Below the pieces are notes generated by a model. It was not told where the DNA came from, ran no database searches, and saw nothing but the letters and a program-made list of their open reading frames with translations. Positions 27,005 to 35,701 of a stretch of DNA of 46,103 nt are shown here, piece by piece. A program made the position numbers and the translations under genes. Numbering within the stretch: position 1 is the stretch's first letter; each line of letters begins with the position of its first letter. Origin of the DNA: Deltaproteobacteria bacterium. GTDB lineage: Bacteria > Myxococcota > JACRCW01. Where the stretch lies: NCBI GenBank assembly GCA_016218805.1, contig JACRCW010000042.1, forward strand, positions 62,001 to 108,103, given 5' to 3'.

Positions 27005-29686
27005 ATGAGGGCACCCATGACGTTGGGCATCCTGGCCTGGAGCGTGTGCGGCTGCGTCCGCGTCGTCGTGGGTGGCCCGGGCGCGGGTCCGCACATTGAC
27101 GAGGTGGCCGTGGAGCCGCAGCGCGAGGCACCGCAGGGCGCCGGCAGCCTGACCTGCGGGTTTTCCGGGGACGTGCTGGTGGTGCGCGGAAGCGGCTGGG
27201 ACCCGGCCACCGTGCAGGTGCGCATTGGCGGAACCGAGCTGGTGCGGGTGTCCGCAGATGAGGGCGAGGTGCGGGGAGCGGTGCCGCTTCAAGCCGTGGA
27301 GGGTGACATCACCGTCCTGGCCGGTGACCGGGCCTCCGCACCGGCGGCGCAGCGGTTCTGCCACCTGGGCCCGGGGCACCTCCCCGCGCCGGCGTTCCAG
27401 GGAGTTGTGGAACCGCGCGTCACCATCCTGGCATCCGGCCCGGGGGGCATGCCCTGCCCGCCCACGCCATCAACCGGCACCGGGGCGGGGACCTGTGCCA
27501 CCACGGACGGCGGGGTGGACCCGCACTGCACGCTGCTGGAGGGCGAACGGCACGCCGTGTCCGTGTCGTTCGCGCTGGGGTCCACGTTCTCCGTGACCGA
27601 CCCGCTGTTTGTGGCGCGCGTGTACCCGGAGGTGGGCGCCTCCCAGGTCTCCGAGGTGGCGCGGCTGTCTGCGGGCGAGCGCGTCCGGATACCGCATGCC
27701 ACCGCTTCCCACGGCGAGCCGTTTGCGCCCCAGCTGTTCATGCCCTCCTTCCACGACGATCCGGCAGGCGTGGTGGTGCAGGAAGAGGTGGTGCATGAGC
27801 AGGGGTTCAGCTCGCGCATACTGGTAGGCGGCGCGCCCGTGTTCAGCCGCGGCAGCCAGGACAACGCGTTCATCATGCCGCAGCTGATGCTGACCGACGC
27901 GTACGGCGTGGCGCTGGTGGCCAGCGTGGACGCCACGGTGGGCCGCGCCGTGACGGCGCAGCTGCTGCAACTGGACGGGACCCTCCTGGAGGAGGTGGAC
28001 CTCTCCGGCCGCGTCCTGGTGGCCGCCAGCCTCGTGAGCGCGCGGTGGCTGGGCCAGTCCCGCGGCGCCGCCGTGGTGGCCATCACGCGGGACGCCGGTC
28101 TCACGCCGTCCACGCTGTACCTGGACATCCTCACCCGCAACGACACCGGCGCCGCGCAGATTGTCCACGGTGTGCCGCTGACGGAGGACTCGTGTGACTC
28201 GCCGCTGCTCCCCGCCGGCGCCGCCGCGGGCTGCCACACCTGCGTACGCGCGTCCCTGGAACGCGCGGGCGCGGCCAACGCCGTGCCGCAGGAGTTGGCG
28301 CCGCTGGCGCCGTTCCTGTTCCTGGCGGCCCCCATGCGCCCGCTGACGCCGTTGCAGGAGACGTCAGAAGCGTTGTGCGGCGTGGGAATTGTCCCGCAGC
28401 CCATCCTGGGGCGCCTGCCCTGGGCCATGCAGTTGCTGGCCAGTGACCAGGAGGTCCGCGTGGCGGCGGTGGCGGTGCTGCCGGAGTGCTCCGCGGAGGC
28501 GGCCCGCATTGCGCTGGTGCCCAGCATTGCCGGGCAGCGGCCGCGGCAGCTGTGGCTGGTGGAGAACAACAGCGTCTCCATCCACCCCACCCGCACCGTC
28601 TACGCACAGGTCCATGCCGACCCGGTGGTCCCGGTGTTCTACGCCATTCCCTCGTCGGGCGGGCGCGTGGACATGGTGGACCAGACCGGCGCGCTGGCGC
28701 GGTCTGCGCACGTGCTGGGTACCCCGGCCCTGGCCCTGCCCTACCCTTCGGACGCGGACGGTCTGCTGGTGGCGTGGCCCGCGCTGCTGGGCCGGATGGA
28801 CGCCACCGGGAACATTGTGCAGCACGCGTCCATGGACCTGCCGCTGGGCGTTGCGGCGGAGCAGGACGCGGGCGGCAACCTGGTGGGCGTGTGGCGGCCT
28901 GAGCGCACCGGAGGCTCCGCGTCCCCCAACGCCATGACGCTGGTGGGCACCGCACCGGGGGACGGCTTTGGCCAGCCGGTGCGGAGCGTGGCCATGCCCG
29001 CGGTGGCGTTTGCGGCGCCACTCACCCGCGTGGGCCAGTGGCTGGTGAGCCTGGCGTGGCGGCAGGGTTCGCCCGCGGGCCCGGCCGGCTGTGACCCGGT
29101 GCTGGTTGCCGTGGACGTGGAGTCCTCCACGGGAACCGCGGACCTGGGGTGCAACGCGGTGGGCGCCATGGCGGAGACCGCGCAGCCCACGCTGTACGGC
29201 GTCTTCCGCGCGTCCGGCGTGGAGCTCACCAGCCTGCCCTACCGGTTGGACGCGTTTGACATGACCGCCGCGCAGCCCACCGCGCTGCCGCTGCCATATT
29301 TCCCGGCCAACGTGGCGCCGCACCCGGCGGGCGGCGTCGTCGGCGTGTTCGTGGACCCCGCGTCGTTTTCGCTGCGCATGGGCCACCTGTCCGTGGCGTT
29401 TGCGGCGGTGCCCCCGGACACCTACCGCGAGTTCACGACCCAGCCCGCGCCGTTCATTGACCCGCCCCTGGCGGTGTCCCCGGATGGCCGCCGCCTGTAC
29501 GCCGGGCTGGAGGACCTGGTGATGACGTTTGAGCTGGTGCACGACGACACCGGCGCGCTGGCGGATGCGCGCGTGCTGGGGCAGGTGCCCGTGCGCGGCG
29601 TGCCCGCGGCGCTGGCCATGGATCCGTCCGGCAGCCGGCTTGTGTACCTGGCGCCGGAGACGCAGGAGGTGGGTCTGGTGCGCTGA
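27005..29686 (+). CDS. Large lipoprotein with IPT/TIG-like domain and probable beta-propeller region
   Basis: MRAPMTLGILAWSVCG-C lipobox after GGAGGAG; PHIDEV..P...GDVLVVRGSGW...VRIGG...VP...GDITV; C-terminal LAVSPDGRRLY and LAMDPSGSRLV blades. Confidence 0.7.
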   Translation: MRAPMTLGILAWSVCGCVRVVVGGPGAGPHIDEVAVEPQREAPQGAGSLTCGFSGDVLVVRGSGWDPATVQVRIGGTELVRVSADEGEVRGAVPLQAVEGDITVLAGDRASAPAAQRFCHLGPGHLPAPAFQGVVEPRVTILASGPGGMPCPPTPSTGTGAGTCATTDGGVDPHCTLLEGERHAVSVSFALGSTFSVTDPLFVARVYPEVGASQVSEVARLSAGERVRIPHATASHGEPFAPQLFMPSFHDDPAGVVVQEEVVHEQGFSSRILVGGAPVFSRGSQDNAFIMPQLMLTDAYGVALVASVDATVGRAVTAQLLQLDGTLLEEVDLSGRVLVAASLVSARWLGQSRGAAVVAITRDAGLTPSTLYLDILTRNDTGAAQIVHGVPLTEDSCDSPLLPAGAAAGCHTCVRASLERAGAANAVPQELAPLAPFLFLAAPMRPLTPLQETSEALCGVGIVPQPILGRLPWAMQLLASDQEVRVAAVAVLPECSAEAARIALVPSIAGQRPRQLWLVENNSVSIHPTRTVYAQVHADPVVPVFYAIPSSGGRVDMVDQTGALARSAHVLGTPALALPYPSDADGLLVAWPALLGRMDATGNIVQHASMDLPLGVAAEQDAGGNLVGVWRPERTGGSASPNAMTLVGTAPGDGFGQPVRSVAMPAVAFAAPLTRVGQWLVSLAWRQGSPAGPAGCDPVLVAVDVESSTGTADLGCNAVGAMAETAQPTLYGVFRASGVELTSLPYRLDAFDMTAAQPTALPLPYFPANVAPHPAGGVVGVFVDPASFSLRMGHLSVAFAAVPPDTYREFTTQPAPFIDPPLAVSPDGRRLYAGLEDLVMTFELVHDDTGALADARVLGQVPVRGVPAALAMDPSGSRLVYLAPETQEVGLVR

Positions 29687-29697
29687 GCGTCCCGCGC

Positions 29698-29713
29698 TGG
29701 CACGCTCCTGGCT
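29698..29713 (+). promoter_or_regulatory. Putative sigma-54 promoter upstream of the histidine kinase
   Basis: TGGCACGCTCCTGGCT has GG-N10-GC spacing with a perfect TGGCACG, in the intergenic region. Confidence 0.45.
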
Positions 29714-29877
29714 TCGTTACCCGGGATGCCTCATCCAGGGCCCCAATCCGCGAAACAGACGCACCAAGACGCGCGGCAACCGGGGTCGGTCGGGAAAATC
29801 GGCGCGTTTGGGCTGTGCACCGGAACCTGCGCCGGGGACCGTGGCACGGTATCCCGAGCCACGACGTGGAGTCCTGC

Positions 29878-32313
29878 ATGACGGATGCGTCCCTGCTCGA
29901 GTCCATCCTCGAGCGCCTTGATGAGCCCATCTACGCGGCCGACATGGACACCTATGAGGTCGTCTACGCCAACGGGTCACTCCGGCGGGCATTTGGCGAC
30001 GTGGTGGGCAAGACCTGTTACAAAGTGCTGCAGGGCCAGGACAGTCCTTGCGCGTTCTGCACCAACAGCAAGCTGCTGGATCGGCACGGGCGCCCTACGG
30101 GGATTCATCGCTGGCAGTTTGACAACGCGCGCAACGGCCGCACGTATGACCTGCAGGACAGCGCGCTGGAATGGAACGGCCGCCGCATCCGCATGGAGGT
30201 GGCGCGGGACATCACGGACGAGCGGCGCTGGCAGGCCAGCGCCACGCTGGAGCATGACCTGCTGGCCGCCATCTCTGACGCGCAGCGCGCGTTCATTGCC
30301 ACCGGGGACCGCACCACGCTGTTTGATGACCTGCTGGCGGCGGTGCTCCGTCTGACCCGCAGCGAATACGGCTTCATTGGCGAGACGCTCCCGGGCACTC
30401 CGGGCAAACCCGTGCTGCGCCTGCGCGCGTTCACGGACCTGGCGTGGGACCACGCCTCGCGTGAGCTGGCGGAGCGGTTCTCATCAGACGGGATGGACCT
30501 GGACAACCCGGATTCGCTGTTGGGCGCGGTGCTCACCACCCGCGCGCCGGTGGTGGCCAATGACCCTGCGGCGGACCCGCGGCGGGCCGGAACGCCCCCG
30601 GGGCATCCGCCGCTGCGGTCCTTCCTGGGCCTTCCGCTGCTGAGCGGCGGCGAACTGGTGGGGATGGTGGGCGTGGCCAACCGGGAGGGTGGCTACCCGC
30701 CGGCGCTGGTGGACAGCCTGTCACCGCTCATGGACACCTGCGGCGCCATCCTGCACGCGCTGCGCGAGGAGCGGGACCGCAAGGCGGCGGAGATGCGCCT
30801 GCGGGAGCGCCAGGCGTTTGTGGAGAACATCATCAACGCCATCACGCACCCGCTGTACGTCATCAACGCGGACACGCATGAGATCATTGAGGCCAACCGC
30901 GCCGCGGCGGTGCCGGCGCGCACGCGCCCGGCGACCTGTTACAAGGCCACGCATGACCGGGACGAGCCTTGCTACGGCGAGGCGGGGGAGTGCCCGCTGG
31001 ACATGGTCAAGCGCACGCGGCGGCCCGCGGTGGTGGAGCACACCCACACGGGCGACGACGGCAGCACGCGCATTGTAGAGGTCCACATGTATCCCCTGTT
31101 TGATGAGAACGGGGAGATTCACCGGGTCATTGAGTACGCGCTGGACCTCACAGAGACGCGCAACCTGCAGGCGCAGGTGGCGCAGGCGCAGAAGATGGAC
31201 GCATTGGGGCGCCTGGCCGGCGGCGTGGCGCATGACTTCAACAACCTCCTCTCCGCCATGATGGGGTTCAGCGAACTGGCCGTGGCGCAGCTGCACGCGG
31301 GCCACCAGGCGCGGCAGGCCATGGACACCGTGGTGGAGGCGGGCCAGCGCGCGGCCAACCTGACGCGGCAGCTGCTCATGTTCAGCCGCAAGCAGGTGCT
31401 GCAGGCGGTGCCGTTGGACCTGGGCAAGGTGGTGCGGGACGCGGCCACGCTGCTGGGGCGCCTGCTGGGCGCGGAGGTGAAGCTGCGCGTGGACGTGGAT
31501 GACGGCGTGCCGCGCGTGATGGCGGACCCCACGCAGGTGACGCAGGCGCTGCTGAACCTGGCGGTCAACGCGCGTGACGCCATGCCCCAGGGCGGCGAAG
31601 TCCGCGTGCGCGTCTCCGCCCGGTCCCTGGACGGCCCGTGTGACTGCCTGCTGGATCGCGCCAAGAACGGTCCGCACGTGGTCATTGACGTCACGGACAC
31701 CGGGGCCGGCATCCCGCGTGAGGCGCTGGGCCGGCTGTTTGAGCCGTTCTTCACCACCAAGTCCGGCAAGGGCATTGGCCTGGGGCTGTCCACGGTCTAC
31801 GGCGTGGTGCACCAGCACCGCGGACACGTCCACGTCAATTCTGAATCCGGGCGCGGCACCACCTTCACGCTGGCGTTCCCCGTCACGGCGGACGCCCTGG
31901 TGGAGACGCGCCCGCCGGCCGCGCGGCAGGCACCGGTCACCAGCCTGCGCGTGCTGGTGGTGGAGGATGAGCCCATGGTGCGCATGCTGTGCAGCACGCT
32001 GCTGCGGCGCGCGGGGCACGTGGTGAAGGAGGCGGCGCACGCGGACGACGCGCTGCGCATCCTGCAGCGGGAACCGGACTGCGCGGAGGTGGTGCTGTCC
32101 GACGTGGAGATGCCGGGCCGCAGCGGCGTGGACCTGGCCGTGGAGCTGGGGCGGCGCCGGCCGGACCTCAAGGTGGTGCTGATGTCCGGCTACGCGGAGA
32201 CGCTGGTGGAGCGGTACGGCGTACGCGCGGGCGAGTTCCCCTTTGTGGCCAAGCCCTTCTCCGCCGAAGCGCTGCTCCGGGTGATTGAGGCCGCCTGCCT
32301 GGCGCCTGCCTGA
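29878..32313 (+). CDS. Cytoplasmic hybrid sensor histidine kinase PAS-GAF-PAS-HisKA-HATPase-REC
   Basis: GGVAHDFNNLL, NLAVNARDAM, DTGAGI, FEPFFTTK, GIGLGL; REC VVEDE..SDVEMP..KPF; GAF GHPPLRSFLGLP...GMVGVANR; no TM. Confidence 0.95.
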   Translation: MTDASLLESILERLDEPIYAADMDTYEVVYANGSLRRAFGDVVGKTCYKVLQGQDSPCAFCTNSKLLDRHGRPTGIHRWQFDNARNGRTYDLQDSALEWNGRRIRMEVARDITDERRWQASATLEHDLLAAISDAQRAFIATGDRTTLFDDLLAAVLRLTRSEYGFIGETLPGTPGKPVLRLRAFTDLAWDHASRELAERFSSDGMDLDNPDSLLGAVLTTRAPVVANDPAADPRRAGTPPGHPPLRSFLGLPLLSGGELVGMVGVANREGGYPPALVDSLSPLMDTCGAILHALREERDRKAAEMRLRERQAFVENIINAITHPLYVINADTHEIIEANRAAAVPARTRPATCYKATHDRDEPCYGEAGECPLDMVKRTRRPAVVEHTHTGDDGSTRIVEVHMYPLFDENGEIHRVIEYALDLTETRNLQAQVAQAQKMDALGRLAGGVAHDFNNLLSAMMGFSELAVAQLHAGHQARQAMDTVVEAGQRAANLTRQLLMFSRKQVLQAVPLDLGKVVRDAATLLGRLLGAEVKLRVDVDDGVPRVMADPTQVTQALLNLAVNARDAMPQGGEVRVRVSARSLDGPCDCLLDRAKNGPHVVIDVTDTGAGIPREALGRLFEPFFTTKSGKGIGLGLSTVYGVVHQHRGHVHVNSESGRGTTFTLAFPVTADALVETRPPAARQAPVTSLRVLVVEDEPMVRMLCSTLLRRAGHVVKEAAHADDALRILQREPDCAEVVLSDVEMPGRSGVDLAVELGRRRPDLKVVLMSGYAETLVERYGVRAGEFPFVAKPFSAEALLRVIEAACLAPA

Positions 32314-32366
32314 CTGGACCGGGCCCCGGGGGCGGCGGGAAGATGCCGCGCGCGGCTCCCCGTTGA

Positions 32367-34187
32367 ATGATTCCCGCTGCCCCCCCTGACCCGTCCGGAA
32401 CGGCCGCCGCCCCCCGCGCGGCAGCGGCCGGGCTGGCAGCGGGGTTCCTGGTGCTGTACGCGGCCACCGCCGCGCGTACCGTGCAGGGAGGTGACGCCGG
32501 GGAGTTCATGGTGCTGGGCGCCGCTGGCGGCGTGGCGCACCCGCCGGGCTATCCGCTCTACACGCTGCTGTGCCGCGTGTTCGTGGCGGCGCTGCCGTGG
32601 GGCACGGTGGCCTGGCGCGCGTCGCTGGTCTCCGCGGTGGCCGCGGCCCTCGCCATCGGGTGCCTGTACGGCGCGCTGCGGCGCCTGTCCTCATCGCCCG
32701 CGGCGGCGCTGCTGGTGGCGCTGTGCTGCGGGCTGGCGCCCACGTTCTGGCGGTACGCGGACGTGGCTGAGGTGTTCGCCCTCCAGGCGCTGGTGGCGTG
32801 CGGCGTCCTGCTGGTGGCCGCGCGCGTGCTGGAGGGCTGGCGGGGCGCGCGGCCCGTGGTGGCCGTGGGTGCCGCGCTGGCCGTGGGCGTGGCCAACCAC
32901 CCCACCACGGTGGCGCTGCTGCCGCTGGCCGGTTGGGTCGCATGGCGGGCATCGGAGGGCGGCGGGGCCGGGGCTGCGCGGTCCTTGCTGTTGCTGACCG
33001 TGACCGCCGCCGCGGGGCTGCCGGCGTACCTGCTGCTGTGGGGCGGCGGCGGCGCGTTTGCCTGGGGTGACACCCACTCCGCGGCGGGCCTGCTCCACCA
33101 CATGCTGCGGCGGGACTACGGCACCTTCCGTCTGGCCCTGCGTGACGAGGGCACCACCACCCTGGCCAACCCGGCGGCCTGGCTGGCGGCGGTGCCGCGC
33201 GAGTACCTGCTGGTGCACGCCCTGGCGATGCTCCCCGGCCTGGCGGTTCTCAGCCGGGCGCCGACGCGCGGCTTTATGGCCGCGCTGAGCGCCAGCGTGC
33301 TGTTGGCCGGGCCGGTGCTGCTGGCGCAGTTCAACGTCGCTCCCGTGGACGTGGGGCTGGCCGTGGTGGAGCGGTTCCACATCCTGCCCACGCTGTTGCT
33401 GGCGCCATGGGCCGCGGTGGGCGTGGCGGCGGTGCTGCGGCGCGCGCGCGCGGGGCGCCTGTTGGTGGCGCTGCTGGCGGCGGCAACGCTGGCCACGGGG
33501 ATGGTGCAGGGGCTGGCGCACAGTGCGCGGCATGACGTGACCTGGCTGGAGGACTACGCGGTCAACACGCTGTCCCGGGTGGCACCCGGCGCCGTGCTGT
33601 TGGGACACGGGGATGACCGGTTCTTCGGCTTTCTCTATGCGCGCGTGGTGCTGGGCCTGCGGCCTGACGTCACTTTTGTGGACCCATCCCTGCTGGGCTA
33701 CCCGTGGTACCGCGCGTGGCTGGGCCGCGCGGACCCGGCTTTGGACCTTGGGGGAGCGGTGATGGCGTCCCTGCCGGGGGACGCCGCGGTGGCGGTGGCC
33801 ACGGCGGCCCAGGCCGCGGGGCGGCCCGTCTACCTGGCCCATCACTACGCCTTCCACGAGCCCGCCGTCCTGGCGGCCCTGCCGCCCGCGGTCCCCGCCC
33901 ACGCGGTGATGCTGCGCCTGACGCCCCCGGGGGCGGCGCGGCCCGCGCTGGCTGACGTGGAGCGGGAGCTGGTGGCGGACAGCGGGCAGCTGGCACTGCG
34001 GTCCCTGCCGGCGGACCAGGCGGACCTGGACGAGCGCTGGGAGGGCGAGTCATTCCGCCAGTACGCGCTGTCATTCACCGTGCTGGGGAACCTCTACCGG
34101 GCGGCGGGTGATGACGCGGGCGCGGCCCGCTGCGCCCTGCTGGCGGCGTACTGGGGCCATCCCTGGCGGTGGAACGGTGCACGGTGA
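32367..34187 (+). CDS. DUF2723 (TMEM260-like, GT-C) membrane glycosyltransferase
   Basis: GGDAGEF...GVAHPPGYPLY, AEVFAL, ANHPT, WGD...LRRDYG, GDDRFF..LY...RPDV; multiple TM helices. Confidence 0.85.
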   Translation: MIPAAPPDPSGTAAAPRAAAAGLAAGFLVLYAATAARTVQGGDAGEFMVLGAAGGVAHPPGYPLYTLLCRVFVAALPWGTVAWRASLVSAVAAALAIGCLYGALRRLSSSPAAALLVALCCGLAPTFWRYADVAEVFALQALVACGVLLVAARVLEGWRGARPVVAVGAALAVGVANHPTTVALLPLAGWVAWRASEGGGAGAARSLLLLTVTAAAGLPAYLLLWGGGGAFAWGDTHSAAGLLHHMLRRDYGTFRLALRDEGTTTLANPAAWLAAVPREYLLVHALAMLPGLAVLSRAPTRGFMAALSASVLLAGPVLLAQFNVAPVDVGLAVVERFHILPTLLLAPWAAVGVAAVLRRARAGRLLVALLAAATLATGMVQGLAHSARHDVTWLEDYAVNTLSRVAPGAVLLGHGDDRFFGFLYARVVLGLRPDVTFVDPSLLGYPWYRAWLGRADPALDLGGAVMASLPGDAAVAVATAAQAAGRPVYLAHHYAFHEPAVLAALPPAVPAHAVMLRLTPPGAARPALADVERELVADSGQLALRSLPADQADLDERWEGESFRQYALSFTVLGNLYRAAGDDAGAARCALLAAYWGHPWRWNGAR

Positions 34188-34228
34188 CGGACGTTGCCAC
34201 CCCGCGTGCGGCATGCTGGCATCCCGCC

Positions 34229-34753
34229 ATGGGTGAGGCGGATCCGTTCCGGAAGGCGCAGCGTCTCGTCGAGGCCGGGCGCCTGCCTGAGGCCGTGGCC
34301 CTCCTGCGGGCGGCGCTGGACGAGCAGCCGGACGACACGCGGATGCGCCTGGTGCTGGCGGAGCTGCTGTTGAAGTCCGGGGACCTGGACGGTGCGCTGG
34401 TGTCCTTCCTCCGCGCCGCGCGCCTGTACGAGCGGGCGGGCCAGCCGCTGCGTGCGCTGGCGGTGTACCGGCAGATGGAACGCCTCCGTGACGACGAAGA
34501 GACCCGCGCCGCCGTGGCGCGCATTGCCGCGCGCCTCCACGTGGGTGGCCCGCCAGCGCCGCCCGCGGCCCGGGCGGCCCAGCCGGGGCCGGTGGCGGAC
34601 CTGGTGGACCGCCTTCTGGCGCAGGCGGCGGATGAGGTGCGGCAGGGCGCGCTGGAGCTGGCGTCCAGCCGCGTGCGCACCGTGCTGGCGCTGGCCCCGC
34701 ATGACGAGCGATCCCGGGCGTTGATGACCGCCATCCGTGACCGCCGTCCCTGA
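34229..34753 (+). CDS. TPR-repeat protein
   Basis: GRLPEAVALLRAALDEQPDDTRMRLVLAELLLKSGDLDGAL...; start uncertain (GTG 34184 or ATG 34229). Confidence 0.7.
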   Translation: MGEADPFRKAQRLVEAGRLPEAVALLRAALDEQPDDTRMRLVLAELLLKSGDLDGALVSFLRAARLYERAGQPLRALAVYRQMERLRDDEETRAAVARIAARLHVGGPPAPPAARAAQPGPVADLVDRLLAQAADEVRQGALELASSRVRTVLALAPHDERSRALMTAIRDRRP

Positions 34754-34771
34754 TCCCGGCCCACACAGACC

Positions 34772-35602
34772 ATGCGCGCAACCTTCCCGTCCTCCTACGC
34801 CCCGCGTTTCCTCGTCGTCGCGGCGCTGCTGACGCCGCAACCCGCGGCCGCCCAGGCCCACCCGCCCGCGGCGGCGGCGGAGCAGGCCGCCCCCGCTGCC
34901 ACGCCGCAGCTCCCGCAGGAGCCGCTGGCGGAGGAACCCGGCGCCCCGCCGTTGGGACGGACGCTGGCGGCGTTCGGCATCAGCGCCGGGCTGGTGGGTG
35001 CGTGCGGTGTCCTGGGCCAGGTTGGCTGCTCCCTGGTGCCGCTGGGGTTCTTTGGCGCGGCCACCGCGGTGCTGAGCGCCTTTGCTCTCACCGCCGCGCG
35101 CGCGCAGGGCGCCGCGTCGGGCTGCGTGCTTGTGGTCGGCCTGATCTACGCCACCCTCCTGTGCATTCCCGGCGTCCTCACCCTGGGCCCGCTGTCGTCC
35201 ACCGGCGCGGCGGCCGGCGCGTGGATGGGCTCCTGGCCGGCGGGGCTGCCGCCGCGGCGCCTGCTGGGGATGGACTCACCGCAGGGCGTCCGCGCGTGGT
35301 TGGAGGGCATCCTGTTGCGGGTGCTTCCGCTTGTGGGCGCCGCGCCGGGCCTGTGCATGGGCTGGGGCGCGTCGGCGGGCGTCCTCGCCGCGGTGTCCTG
35401 GGTGTCCAATACCGGTCAGCCACCTCCGTGGGAGCCCGGCATCCAGCCCCGTTCCTGGCAATGGCACCCCGGCTGGGCGGCGCTGGCCGCGGCGGTCCTG
35501 GTGGTCCCGTGTGGTGGCCCGCTGGCCCTCCTGGGCGCCGTGGGGCTGCCGGCGGTGTTTCTCGCCGTCACGGACCTGCGCCGGGACCTGCTGGCGCCCT
35601 GA
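34772..35602 (+). CDS. Hypothetical exported multi-pass membrane protein
   Basis: Signal-like N-terminus, Pro/Ala linker, several Gly-rich hydrophobic helices. Confidence 0.6.
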   Translation: MRATFPSSYAPRFLVVAALLTPQPAAAQAHPPAAAAEQAAPAATPQLPQEPLAEEPGAPPLGRTLAAFGISAGLVGACGVLGQVGCSLVPLGFFGAATAVLSAFALTAARAQGAASGCVLVVGLIYATLLCIPGVLTLGPLSSTGAAAGAWMGSWPAGLPPRRLLGMDSPQGVRAWLEGILLRVLPLVGAAPGLCMGWGASAGVLAAVSWVSNTGQPPPWEPGIQPRSWQWHPGWAALAAAVLVVPCGGPLALLGAVGLPAVFLAVTDLRRDLLAP

Positions 35603-35701
35603 TGCTGTCCCACATCTCCGCACCCACTCTCACAGGCGGATGTCGTAGGCGTGTTGTCCTACGGCCAGCCGACAATCCCTGCAGGGACAAGGAGGGGCAC
35701 C

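Noticed and set aside
29842..29857. Second TGGCACG as a sigma-54 promoter
   Set aside because: No GC at the -12 position (GG-N10-CG).
34772..35602. LVGAAPxLxxG similarity to the pseudoprotease C-terminal TM region
   Set aside because: A short match in Gly/Ala/Leu-rich hydrophobic sequence; cannot be distinguished from chance without an alignment test.
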